DNA of 64,000 nucleotides, from positions 3,965-67,964 of the forward strand of contig DAOUME010000022.1 in the NCBI GenBank assembly GCA_034411995.1. The letters run 5' to 3'. The position numbers were made by a program, and so were the translations under genes. Positions 56,075 through 64,000 of the stretch are shown here, piece by piece (positions within the stretch are counted from its first letter, which is position 1; the number at the start of each line of letters is the position of its first letter). A model generated the notes under the pieces. It made no database searches, had not been told where the DNA came from, and saw only the letters and a list, made by a program, of their open reading frames with translations. This DNA is from Anaerolineae bacterium (GTDB lineage Bacteria; Chloroflexota; Anaerolineae; UBA7937; B3-Chlor).

Positions 56075-56992
56075 ATGCCAGCCATCGAGGTCCAGCAACT
56101 CGTGAAGACGTACCACCAGGTGAGAGCGGTGGATGGCATCACCTTCTCCGTGGGCCAAGGAGAGGTCTTCGGGTTCCTGGGACCCAACGGTGCCGGCAAG
56201 ACGACCACCATAGAGATTCTGGAAGGATATCGCAGGCCCGACTCTGGGCTGGTGAGCGTGCTGGGCCTGGATCCCTGTGACGATGGCTACGAGCTCAAAG
56301 AGCGCGTGGGCATCCTGCTCCAGTCAACCTCCCTCCACCCTGACCTGACGGTGGCCGAACTGGTGTCCCTGTTTGAGGGATACTACCGGCACGCCACTCG
56401 ACCAGACACGCTCCTGCAAGCGATGGGACTGGGCGAGAAGCGTAGCGCCCGATACAGAGAGTTGTCAGGAGGTCAGCAGCAGAGGCTAGCTCTGGTTCTG
56501 GGCTTCATCAACGATCCTCGCCTCCTGTTCCTCGACGAGCCCACCGCTGGCCTCGATCCTCAGTCGCGACAAGCCGTGTGGGGATGGATCGTCCAGGCGC
56601 GCCTCGACAGCAAGACTGTCTTCCTCACCACACACCACATCGAGGAAGCACAGGAGTTGTGTGACCGGGTGGCTATCATCGACCACGGCAAGATCATCGC
56701 CCTGGACACCCCCCGGCGTTTGATGGCAGATCTGGGGATCGAGCAGAAGATCGTGTTCCTCACCGAGGACCCCGTGGACCTGGCCAGGCTTTCGTCGCTA
56801 CCGGGAGTGTGGGCAGCCGTGAGCCGCAGGGAGGGCGAATACTTGCTCCACGCAGAGGATCCACAACTGGCCCTCGCAGGTCTGATGGAGCTGGCCTCCG
56901 AGGAAGGGTTTCGACCAAGAGACCTGAGACTCGAGGGTGCCGCTCTGGAGGACGTGTTCATCAGTCTGACCGGCAGGAGAATGAGGGAATGA
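56075..56992 (+). CDS. ABC transporter ATP-binding protein
   Basis: GPNGAGKTT, LSGGQQQRL, LLFLDEPT. Confidence 0.9.
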   Translation: MPAIEVQQLVKTYHQVRAVDGITFSVGQGEVFGFLGPNGAGKTTTIEILEGYRRPDSGLVSVLGLDPCDDGYELKERVGILLQSTSLHPDLTVAELVSLFEGYYRHATRPDTLLQAMGLGEKRSARYRELSGGQQQRLALVLGFINDPRLLFLDEPTAGLDPQSRQAVWGWIVQARLDSKTVFLTTHHIEEAQELCDRVAIIDHGKIIALDTPRRLMADLGIEQKIVFLTEDPVDLARLSSLPGVWAAVSRREGEYLLHAEDPQLALAGLMELASEEGFRPRDLRLEGAALEDVFISLTGRRMRE

Positions 56993-57735
56993 AAGTCCTG
57001 TGGTCCGAGGTGCTGATTAACGTGAAGCTCTACTTCCGCAACGGACACGCCCTGGTGCCCACGGCGGGGTTTCCTCTGATCCTGATGATGCTCTTCGGCT
57101 ACATGTGTCGCGGCGAGAGCACGGGCGACGTGCCCCTGGTGGCCTACGTATTCGCCAGCACCGTCAGCATGTCGGTGGGAGGAACCGCGTTTCTCAACCT
57201 CTCCATCAGCCTGGTTGAGGAGCGAGACCAGGGAATCCTGAAGAGGCTCCGGGGCACGCCGCTCCGGGAGTGGCAGCTCCTGGGAGGAAAGGTCTTTGCT
57301 GCCAGCCTGGTCATCTGCTTGCAGTTGCTCGTCCTCTCCGTTGTCGGCGTGGCGCTCTTCGAACTCCGCCTGAAGGGGACTCCCCTCCCGTCATTGACCA
57401 TCCTCGTCGTGGGAACCCTGACCTTCCTGGCCATGGGCTTTTGCCTGGCCAGTCTGATGAAGAACGCCAGAGCGGCGGAGGCCTGGGCACTGGCCCTGTT
57501 CCTACCCATGCTGTTCATCGGTGGGGGGTTCTTCCCCACTGAGTCGCTGCCGCGAGCCGTACAGCAACTGGCGTGGGCCTTGCCTCTGACCCACTTCTAC
57601 GAAGCCCTGGTCTCGGTAATGGTGGAGGGCAGCAGCATCGTGAACAGCGCTCATCATCTGCTGATCGTGGGCCTCTGGGCGATAGGTTGTTTTGCGGTGA
57701 CGCTCAAAGCGTTCCGCTGGGAATCAAGCAGATAG
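56989..57735 (+). CDS. ABC-2 family permease
   Basis: ATG 56989 overlaps the ATPase stop (ATGA); six hydrophobic helices. Confidence 0.8.
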   Translation: MKVLWSEVLINVKLYFRNGHALVPTAGFPLILMMLFGYMCRGESTGDVPLVAYVFASTVSMSVGGTAFLNLSISLVEERDQGILKRLRGTPLREWQLLGGKVFAASLVICLQLLVLSVVGVALFELRLKGTPLPSLTILVVGTLTFLAMGFCLASLMKNARAAEAWALALFLPMLFIGGGFFPTESLPRAVQQLAWALPLTHFYEALVSVMVEGSSIVNSAHHLLIVGLWAIGCFAVTLKAFRWESSR

Positions 57736-57924
57736 GAGAGTACAGGGTGGACTGGCCAGCGGGCAGAGAGGGCGGCGAGGATGCCATGGCCAGAGAACGG
57801 ATTCCCTTCGCCGCCGTGTGCGTATCGCTCGTCCGTAGCTCAGAAGGAGCAATGACCGGCGGGCGATCAGGGACGGCATCTACGGCACGCTGAGCCGGCT
57901 ACCAGTATTCCTGGGAGGACCCAA

Positions 57925-58470
57925 ATGACTTCTTTCAAGGAGCAACTATACAGACTCAACCCCTGGATCCTTTCGTCAGTGGCGGGCGTTCTCACAGCGG
58001 TGCAGATTGGCCTGTGCATCGTTCGCTCCCATCCGGAGGGTGTGCCCCTGCTCAGATATACGGGCTATGTCCTCTGGACAGCAGCCGTGGTCTTCGCTGT
58101 GCTGCCCGTCTTCACCCTCAAGCGCAAGGGGCGGGTGGCCGAGGGCCAGAGCTACATGAAGACCACAACCCTGGTGACCAGCGGGGTGTACTCTCTGGTT
58201 CGGCATCCGCAGGGAGGCCTGGCCTGGCTGCTGATGAACCTGGCAGTGATGCTGGTGGGGCAGACCTGGCCCATCGTACTCCTGGGCGGCGTGTCCATGC
58301 TCCTGGTGTACCTGGACGCGCACAAGACCGATCAGTACTGTGTTGAGAAGTTCGGCGAGGAGTATGAACGTTATATGGAGATTGTGCCCAGGGTCAACGT
58401 GATAGTGGGAGCAACACGGCTGCTGCGGAGAAAGGCAGGGGGTGGCCAGCAACCGGACCCCTCCATCTGA
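57925..58470 (+). CDS. ICMT/PEMT-like methyltransferase-family membrane protein
   Basis: TM helices; LVTSGVYSLVRHPQ motif; GGAGGA RBS. Confidence 0.65.
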   Translation: MTSFKEQLYRLNPWILSSVAGVLTAVQIGLCIVRSHPEGVPLLRYTGYVLWTAAVVFAVLPVFTLKRKGRVAEGQSYMKTTTLVTSGVYSLVRHPQGGLAWLLMNLAVMLVGQTWPIVLLGGVSMLLVYLDAHKTDQYCVEKFGEEYERYMEIVPRVNVIVGATRLLRRKAGGGQQPDPSI

Positions 58471-58594
58471 GGAACCCAGCACGGGAACACGAGGCAAAGA
58501 AACAGCCCCCGCGATCGCGGGGGCTGTCGTCTTCCTGGTACGAATGCCGAGCGGCGGCGTGTCCGTCGTCTGCGTCAGCCGTAGGGCCTACAGC

Positions 58595-59935
58595 TCATCT
58601 GTTGGGAGTGCAGCAATACGCCTGACCAACGCCGGGAGAGTCCATGGCATCCGTGGCGATCCGATCAAGGTCCAGGCCTACCAGGAAACTTCCATTCGGA
58701 CACCAGGTCACGGGCTGGTGGCTGTTAATCCCGGCCTGTTCCACCTTCACCCAGGAACATGAACCCCAGCCACTGTACTTGGGGTCACCCAGCGGACAGC
58801 AGAAACCTTGTCCAACTCCTGGGGAGTCCATGGGGTCGGTCGCGATACGATCCAGGTCCAGGCCTGTCAGATACTGGCCGTTGGGACACCAAGCCACGGG
58901 CTGGTGGCTATTGATGCCGGCCTGTTCCACCTTCACCCAGGAACACTGGCCCCAGGGACTGAACTGGGCAACACTCAGTGGGCAGCAAAAACCCGCACCA
59001 ACCCCGGGAGAGTCCATGGGGTCCGTGGCGATCCGATCGAGGTCCAGACCGGCCAGGAAACTCCCGTTGGGACACCAGGTCTTCGGCTGATGGCTGTTGA
59101 TCCCTGCCTGTTCCACTCCCACCCAGGAACACTGACCCCACACGGGGACGAAAGTTGTTGGCGTCGCCGTGGCCGCCGGAGGTGGCGGCGGTGGCTGAGT
59201 TGCCGTAGCCGCAGGAGGTGCGGGTGGCTGAGTCGCCGTGGCCGCAGGGGGAGCCGGTGGCTGCGGCGTGGGCTCTGGTGGCGCGCCGTCCTCGACGTGC
59301 AGGGTCACGTTGCGCGTCTGAGGTCCTCCCGGTCCTTCCACCAACAGCTCGTAGGTGACGGTTCCCTCGGGGCACTCCTCCCTCTCCCCAATGGGCGGCG
59401 CCTCCTGACCATTGACGAAGGTGGGGAACTCGGGAGGCTGTACCTCCCAGTGCAGCATGGCGCACCCACCCTTGGGGATCACGTCAGGGTCGACGATGAA
59501 GTTGATGACCTCTGGTCCTCCTTCAGGAGGTGGCTCTTCCGGTGGGACTTCCTCCGGAGGGCCTTCTTCCGGCGGCGGTTCCTCGCCTCCGCCCTCGACC
59601 CGGATCAGCACGGTCTCCCTCACCGATCCGCTGGGTGCCGCCACCACCAGCTCGAAGGTCCTGGTCTCGTCGAGACACACGTCCTGCTCACCCGAGGCAG
59701 GGACTTCCCGGCCGTCGAAGAAGATCGGATAGTCTTCGGCGCCGCTAACGTCCCAGTGCACCAACGTGCACCCGCCCGGCGGGACCACTTCCTCGCTCGA
59801 CCAGAGCTGTATCTCGGGCTCCGTGCCAACACCCGGAAACACGCTGGGAAGCGTACAGCCAGCGGCGCCGGCGAACAGTGCGAGAGCCACCGCCAGCGTC
59901 AGCCCAAGTAAGACTGGAGATCTCTGTCTACTCAT
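58595..59935 (-). CDS. lipoprotein with two Ig-like modules, a Pro/Ala/Thr linker and three tandem 4-Cys repeats of unknown family
   Basis: ATG 59935 after AGAAGGGAGGA; lipobox AGC; repeats WG.CSWV.VEQAGINSHQP..WCPNG..L.GLDLDRIATD.MDSPGVG...CC. Confidence 0.65.
   Translation of the reverse strand: MSRQRSPVLLGLTLAVALALFAGAAGCTLPSVFPGVGTEPEIQLWSSEEVVPPGGCTLVHWDVSGAEDYPIFFDGREVPASGEQDVCLDETRTFELVVAAPSGSVRETVLIRVEGGGEEPPPEEGPPEEVPPEEPPPEGGPEVINFIVDPDVIPKGGCAMLHWEVQPPEFPTFVNGQEAPPIGEREECPEGTVTYELLVEGPGGPQTRNVTLHVEDGAPPEPTPQPPAPPAATATQPPAPPAATATQPPPPPPAATATPTTFVPVWGQCSWVGVEQAGINSHQPKTWCPNGSFLAGLDLDRIATDPMDSPGVGAGFCCPLSVAQFSPWGQCSWVKVEQAGINSHQPVAWCPNGQYLTGLDLDRIATDPMDSPGVGQGFCCPLGDPKYSGWGSCSWVKVEQAGINSHQPVTWCPNGSFLVGLDLDRIATDAMDSPGVGQAYCCTPNR
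58598..59140 (-). repeat. three tandem coding repeats (186, 186 and 171 nt)
   Basis: 62/62/57-aa units with near-identical cores; a separate pair of 33-nt PPAPPAATATQ repeats lies around 59160-59260. Confidence 0.85.
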
Positions 59936-60081
59936 CTGATCCTCCCTTCTAGTGCCCTCACTCATTGGGGCCCGGGCACCTGAGCCCCCCCAATGGATTT
60001 CGATTACTATAGCAGCCAGCCAGCACAATGTCAACCCGGTGACGGAGCAGGGTGCGGAAAAAGGCGGCGAGCGAGGGGCGC

Positions 60082-60110
60082 TGTACAGGCTCGAAAACCA
60101 CACGTATAAT
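60082..60110 (+). promoter_or_regulatory. candidate promoter of the B12-radical SAM gene
   Basis: TGTACA (60082-60087), 17-nt spacer, TATAAT (60105-60110). Confidence 0.4.
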
Positions 60111-60123
60111 GACAGGCAGGGCC

Positions 60124-61554
60124 ATGTCGCGAGCAGGCCATCCTGGTCTGCTGAAGAAACACGTACCGGTGTGGCCGTGCCCGGAACAGGCAGTGAAAGG
60201 TCGAATACTCCTCATCAACCCCTGGATCTACGACTTCGCCGCCTACTGCGAATGGAGCGAGCCCCTGGGCCTGCTCTCCGTCGCCGCCGTGCTGAAGGAG
60301 AACGGCTATGAGGTCTCCCTCATCGACTGCCTGGACAGGCACCATCCCCAACTGCCCACCGGGTCTCGTGAAGACTCCTATGGCCGCGGCAAGTTCCTGA
60401 AGACCTTCATCGAGACACCGCCCCTCCTCTCCCACGTCCCACGTCGCTACGGGCGATACGGCCTCCCGGCGGAGGTCTTCGAGGAGGAGCTGGAGCGGCA
60501 GCCCCGGCCTGACATCACTATGGTCACCTCCGGGATGACCTACTGGTACCCGGGGCCTTTCGAGGCCATCCGGAGAGCCAAGGCGCACTTCCCGGGGGTG
60601 CCCACCGTTCTGGGGGGCGTCTACGCCACGCTCTGCCCCCATCACGCCCGGGAAGAGTCAGGCGCCGATCACATCGTCACGGGCGAGGGGGAGCTCCAGG
60701 CGCTGCGCCTCGTTGATGAGTTGACCGGCAACAGGTCCGACTACGGGCCGTACAGCTCGGATCTCGACTCCCTGCCCTGGCCTTCCCACGAGCTGCGCAG
60801 GAATCAGGGGTACGCAGCTATCCAGACGTCGCGCGGCTGCCCCTTCCACTGCACGTATTGCGCTTCTTCCCTGCTGCACCCACAGGGCTTCAGGCGAAGA
60901 GCTCCACACCGCGTGGCGGACGAGATAGAACAGTGCCGAAGGGAGTTGGGAATCCGCGATTTCGCCTTCTACGACGACGCCCTCCTGGTGGAGGCCACCG
61001 GTCACCTCCACCTCCTCCTGGACCAGGTGCTGCAACGGCGCCTGGACTGCCGGTTTCACACCCCCAACGGCCTGCACGCTCGTTACCTGGACGAACCCCT
61101 GGCCTCCAAGATGTACCGGGCTGGGTTCAGAACGATCAGGCTGGGGTTGGAGACCTCGGATGCCCGCGAGCAGCAGCGCACCGGCTCCAAGGTCAACAAC
61201 GAGGACTTCCGCTCCGCCGTCCGAGCCCTGAAGGGGGCCGGCTTCAGGACGGATCAGATCACCGCCTACGTGCTCATGGGACTGCCCGGGCAAGCGGTGC
61301 CGGAGGTGATGGACAGCGTGGATTTCGCCCACGAAAACGGGGTACTGGTCCAGATCGAGGCCCTCTCACTCATCCCTGGGACCGTGGAATGGGAGCGCGC
61401 CCGGCTCGGCGGCCACCTGGACGGCGGTGTCGACCCGCTTCTGCACAACAACTCCCTCTACCCCTTTTCCTGGTGCGCAGCCAGTATGGATGACTTCCAG
61501 AAAGCCAAGTCGCGCGCCACGGCGGGAAACCGCGCCCTGGTCCGCGCCTCATGA
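60124..61554 (+). CDS. B12-binding domain radical SAM protein
   Basis: ILLINPW...N-terminal B12-binding-like domain, [14 protein letters not shown] cluster motif; start ATG 60124 or GTG 60193 ([11 protein letters not shown]). Confidence 0.8.
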   Translation: MSRAGHPGLLKKHVPVWPCPEQAVKGRILLINPWIYDFAAYCEWSEPLGLLSVAAVLKENGYEVSLIDCLDRHHPQLPTGSREDSYGRGKFLKTFIETPPLLSHVPRRYGRYGLPAEVFEEELERQPRPDITMVTSGMTYWYPGPFEAIRRAKAHFPGVPTVLGGVYATLCPHHAREESGADHIVTGEGELQALRLVDELTGNRSDYGPYSSDLDSLPWPSHELRRNQGYAAIQTSRGCPFHCTYCASSLLHPQGFRRRAPHRVADEIEQCRRELGIRDFAFYDDALLVEATGHLHLLLDQVLQRRLDCRFHTPNGLHARYLDEPLASKMYRAGFRTIRLGLETSDAREQQRTGSKVNNEDFRSAVRALKGAGFRTDQITAYVLMGLPGQAVPEVMDSVDFAHENGVLVQIEALSLIPGTVEWERARLGGHLDGGVDPLLHNNSLYPFSWCAASMDDFQKAKSRATAGNRALVRAS

Positions 61555-61661
61555 CCTGGCCCTGCAAGTGTGGTTTCCACAATCAACCGTTCTATGTTAG
61601 AATACTCTTGGACCCCAGGCTCGCACGCAGAGCAGAGCACCCGGGTCAGGAGGTTGTGGTT

Positions 61662-62567
61662 GTGAGCAAGATTGGCAGGAACGACCCTTGCCCTTGCGGC
61701 AGTGGGAAGAAGTACAAGCACTGCTGTCTCCAGAAGGAAGCGGCCGGCAAGTCGGAAGCCATGAGCCGCGACCGGGCCTGGGACACGATGATGGACAAGC
61801 TCCTCGACTTCTCGCGCGAGACACGATTCCGTGTGGATCTGGAAGCGGCGTTTGACCTCTTCTGGAACAAGAGCTACACCCTCGAACAGAGCGGCGAACT
61901 CGTGCCTCCGCAGATCATGAGTTTTCTGGACTGGTACGTCCACGACTACCAGACCTCGGCTGACGGCCGGAGGATCGTGAAGATCTTCCTCGAGGAGAAG
62001 GGCCGTGCGCTTTCCGAGCAAGAGCGGAACCTGCTGCGAGCGGACACCGACGCCCTCCTCAGCGCCTTCAAGGTCACCGGGGCGGAACCGGGTGAAACCA
62101 TCGGGCTGCTGGACGTGTTTCAGAACTCGGAGGTGGAGCTGCCCCACACTCCCTCTTTGCGGGGCGTGGAGGAAGGTCAGTTGTTGCTGGCTCGCCTGGT
62201 CACCGCGGGCGAGTACCGCCGTTTCTCCTGGATCAGCGCCCTCATACCGCCAGAGGTCGAGGAGAGCTTCACAGCCCACGTCCAGGAGATGTTCGCCGCC
62301 TACCAGGACGAGCACTACCAGGCCCCGTGGCCGCAGTTCCTGCGGCAAAGGAGCTACGTCTTCAATCACTTCCTGCTAGAGCTGAGAGGAGAGGTGGCCC
62401 CACCCAGGATCATACTGCCCGACCAGGAGAGGACTCAGGCTGAGCCTCGGCCCACCGTTCTCACCCTCGACGACCTGCGATCGAAGGATGGTCCTCCCGT
62501 TGCTGTGCCGGGGCAGAAGGAGCGCAGACCCCGACCTACCGTTCTGGTGCCCGGCAGGGACACCTAG
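61662..62567 (+). CDS. SEC-C motif domain protein
   Basis: [18 protein letters not shown] at the N-terminus; GTG 61662 lies 8 nt after AGGAGG. Confidence 0.7.
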   Translation: MSKIGRNDPCPCGSGKKYKHCCLQKEAAGKSEAMSRDRAWDTMMDKLLDFSRETRFRVDLEAAFDLFWNKSYTLEQSGELVPPQIMSFLDWYVHDYQTSADGRRIVKIFLEEKGRALSEQERNLLRADTDALLSAFKVTGAEPGETIGLLDVFQNSEVELPHTPSLRGVEEGQLLLARLVTAGEYRRFSWISALIPPEVEESFTAHVQEMFAAYQDEHYQAPWPQFLRQRSYVFNHFLLELRGEVAPPRIILPDQERTQAEPRPTVLTLDDLRSKDGPPVAVPGQKERRPRPTVLVPGRDT

Positions 62568-62859
62568 GCGGCGGCCAGACATCGCCGGCGATTGATCGAG
62601 CTCCCAGAATTGCAGCAGATGGACTTCAGGCCGTGGGCCAGTGTGGCGCTCCAGCAACTGAAGGTGTCTCAAGAAAACCACGCTGGACCTCATCGACTTC
62701 CAGGACGACGAGCCCCCAGGGTCGCAATGGCGGTCAGCCTGGAGCACCAGGGGAGGAAAGTCCAACGCAGGCGCTGAAGCGTGCTGCGACCTTCGCGGGC
62801 ATGAATCCGCGGCTCGAAATCCATCGTGGGCGCGAAGTGCTCGAGTGTATTGGGGATGA

Positions 62860-63738
62860 GTGAATCAGGAGCGAGAATTGAACCCAGATGAGCTGGCCGG
62901 TGCACAGCCACAGTCGCGGCCAGTAGAGCTGGAGGCGAAGCTGGACGACCTCAGGCAACTTCTCCGGGACATGGGCCGGGTGATCGTCGCCTACTCCGGA
63001 GGCACGGATAGTACGCTCCTGCTCAAGGTCGCCCACGAGGAACTGGGCCCAGGCGCCGTCGCGGTGACCGCCGTCAGCCCCACCACCCCCAGAGAGGAGC
63101 TGGATAGTGCGGCCAGCGTGGCCAGGGAGATCGGCGCTCAACACCTGCTCGTCGACAGCGATGAACTGGACGACGCGGACTACGTGGCCAACACGCCGGA
63201 ACGGTGTTATCACTGCAAGCACGTGCGCTTCGGCAAGCTCACGGAGATGGCTCGAGACAGAGATTTCTCCTACGTGGTAGATGGAAGTAACCTCGACGAT
63301 CTGGGAGACCACAGGCCGGGCATGAGGGCCGCTCGCGAACTGGGCGTGCGCAGCCCTCTCCGGGAGGCTGGTCTGAACAAGGCTGACATTCGTGCCCTGA
63401 GCCGGAAGCTGGGCCTATCCACCTGGGACAAGCCGTCCGGCGCATGTCTGGCCAGTCGCCTCCCTTACGGGACCCCCATCACCGGCGCGCGTCTAAAACA
63501 GGTCGAAGATGCGGAGAGGTTTGTCCGCAGTCTGGGCATCTCTCAACTGCGCGTCCGGCTCCACGGGGACATAGCCCGCATCGAGGTAGAAGCGAAAGAC
63601 CTGCCGGTACTGCTTCAGAACCGATCGTTGATCGTGAAGGAGTTGCGAGGACTGGGATTTTCGTACGTGACGGCCGATCTGGAGGGGTATCGCACGGGGA
63701 GCATGAACGAGACCCTGGCGGAAGAAGAGCATGAATGA
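62860..63738 (+). CDS. larE: ATP-dependent sacrificial sulfur transferase LarE (PP-loop ATPase)
   Basis: [14 protein letters not shown]-loop; [12 protein letters not shown] with the LarE-type Cys; start GTG 62860 or TTG 62878. Confidence 0.8.
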   Translation: MNQERELNPDELAGAQPQSRPVELEAKLDDLRQLLRDMGRVIVAYSGGTDSTLLLKVAHEELGPGAVAVTAVSPTTPREELDSAASVAREIGAQHLLVDSDELDDADYVANTPERCYHCKHVRFGKLTEMARDRDFSYVVDGSNLDDLGDHRPGMRAARELGVRSPLREAGLNKADIRALSRKLGLSTWDKPSGACLASRLPYGTPITGARLKQVEDAERFVRSLGISQLRVRLHGDIARIEVEAKDLPVLLQNRSLIVKELRGLGFSYVTADLEGYRTGSMNETLAEEEHE

Positions 63739-64000
63739 CCGGATGAGAAAGCTCCTGGAAGACGTCAGGAGTGGCCGCCTGGAGGTCGAGGAAGCCCTCT
63801 CCCTCCTGCGGGATCTGCCCTACCAGGATCTGGACTACGCGATACTGGACCACCACCGCGGATTGAGGAAAGGCTTTCCCGAGGTAGTCTTCTGTCAGGG
63901 CAAGACGCCCGCACAGGTCGCGGAGATTCTGGTCGAGTTGTCCAAGCACCACGACCGCGTCATGGCCACGCGGGCCGACGAAGAGACGTTCAGAACGGTG
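63731..64000 (+). CDS. larB: nickel-pincer cofactor biosynthesis protein LarB, N-terminal part (3' end outside window)
   Basis: Not in the ORF track because no stop lies in the window. ATG 63731 overlaps the larE end; [22 protein letters not shown]...[25 protein letters not shown]...VMATRAD matches LarB N-termini. Confidence 0.75.
   Translation, partial: MNDRMRKLLEDVRSGRLEVEEALSLLRDLPYQDLDYAILDHHRGLRKGFPEVVFCQGKTPAQVAEILVELSKHHDRVMATRADEETFRTV

Noticed and set aside
58598-59260. Tandem direct repeats considered as a CRISPR-like array
   Set aside because: The units are 171-186 nt and 33 nt, contiguous with no spacers, and in frame inside a long ORF encoding repeated protein modules.
62753-62763. 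GAGGAAAGTCC, the hallmark P4 motif of RNase P RNA
   Set aside because: The flanks lack GGGC after the motif, the ACAGAANNCGGCUUA partner strand and the other conserved RNase P regions. This is probably a chance match inside the larE leader.

Overview
This is 64 kb of a high-GC bacterial chromosome. Coding regions are GC3-rich and throw many long antisense shadow ORFs. The gene content and the GTAGGGGC...GCCCCTAC palindromes are reminiscent of Chloroflexota, but the taxon cannot be verified from this window. I support about 60 protein genes, one tRNA-Leu(CAG), a few promoters and terminators, and several repeat families. I saw no rRNA, CRISPR array, integrase or transposase.

Layout:
(1) 0.4-4.6 kb: an operon with an MglA-type GTPase and five Roadblock/LC7-domain proteins.
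(2) 5.2-14.5 kb, minus strand: a GldA/F/G-like ABC module, a priming sugar transferase, a GT2, a PDO/glutaredoxin-like gene, a methyltransferase and a radical SAM/SPASM enzyme. The PDO-like gene has an in-frame TGA in place of the first Cys of its CPYC motif, making it a selenoprotein candidate.
(3) 14.7-27 kb: mostly housekeeping genes (tRNA-Leu, OppA-like SBP, secG, lepA, 5'-nucleotidase, MFS, GT4, methyltransferase).
(4) 27.6-44 kb: an accessory island. A type IIG restriction-modification enzyme is followed by five cargo segments, each ending in a decayed copy of the RM gene's own 3' coding end. The cargo includes a stand-alone proteasome-beta/HslV-like Ntn hydrolase, a TPR-HEPN protein, a GIY-YIG-like protein with a membrane partner, a second Rx4H (HEPN-like) protein, a small zinc ribbon, an MBL hydrolase and a small metabolic gene set.
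(5) 44-64 kb: mixed envelope and regulatory genes (LytS/LytTR plus ABC, a Cys-rich repeat lipoprotein, a B12-radical SAM enzyme, a SEC-C protein, larE-larB).

My best candidate for an undescribed (defence) system is the RM-anchored cassette array and its uncharacterised cargo. The multi-Roadblock GTPase operon and the UPYC selenoprotein candidate come next. All family assignments come from motif recognition by eye; no database search was run.
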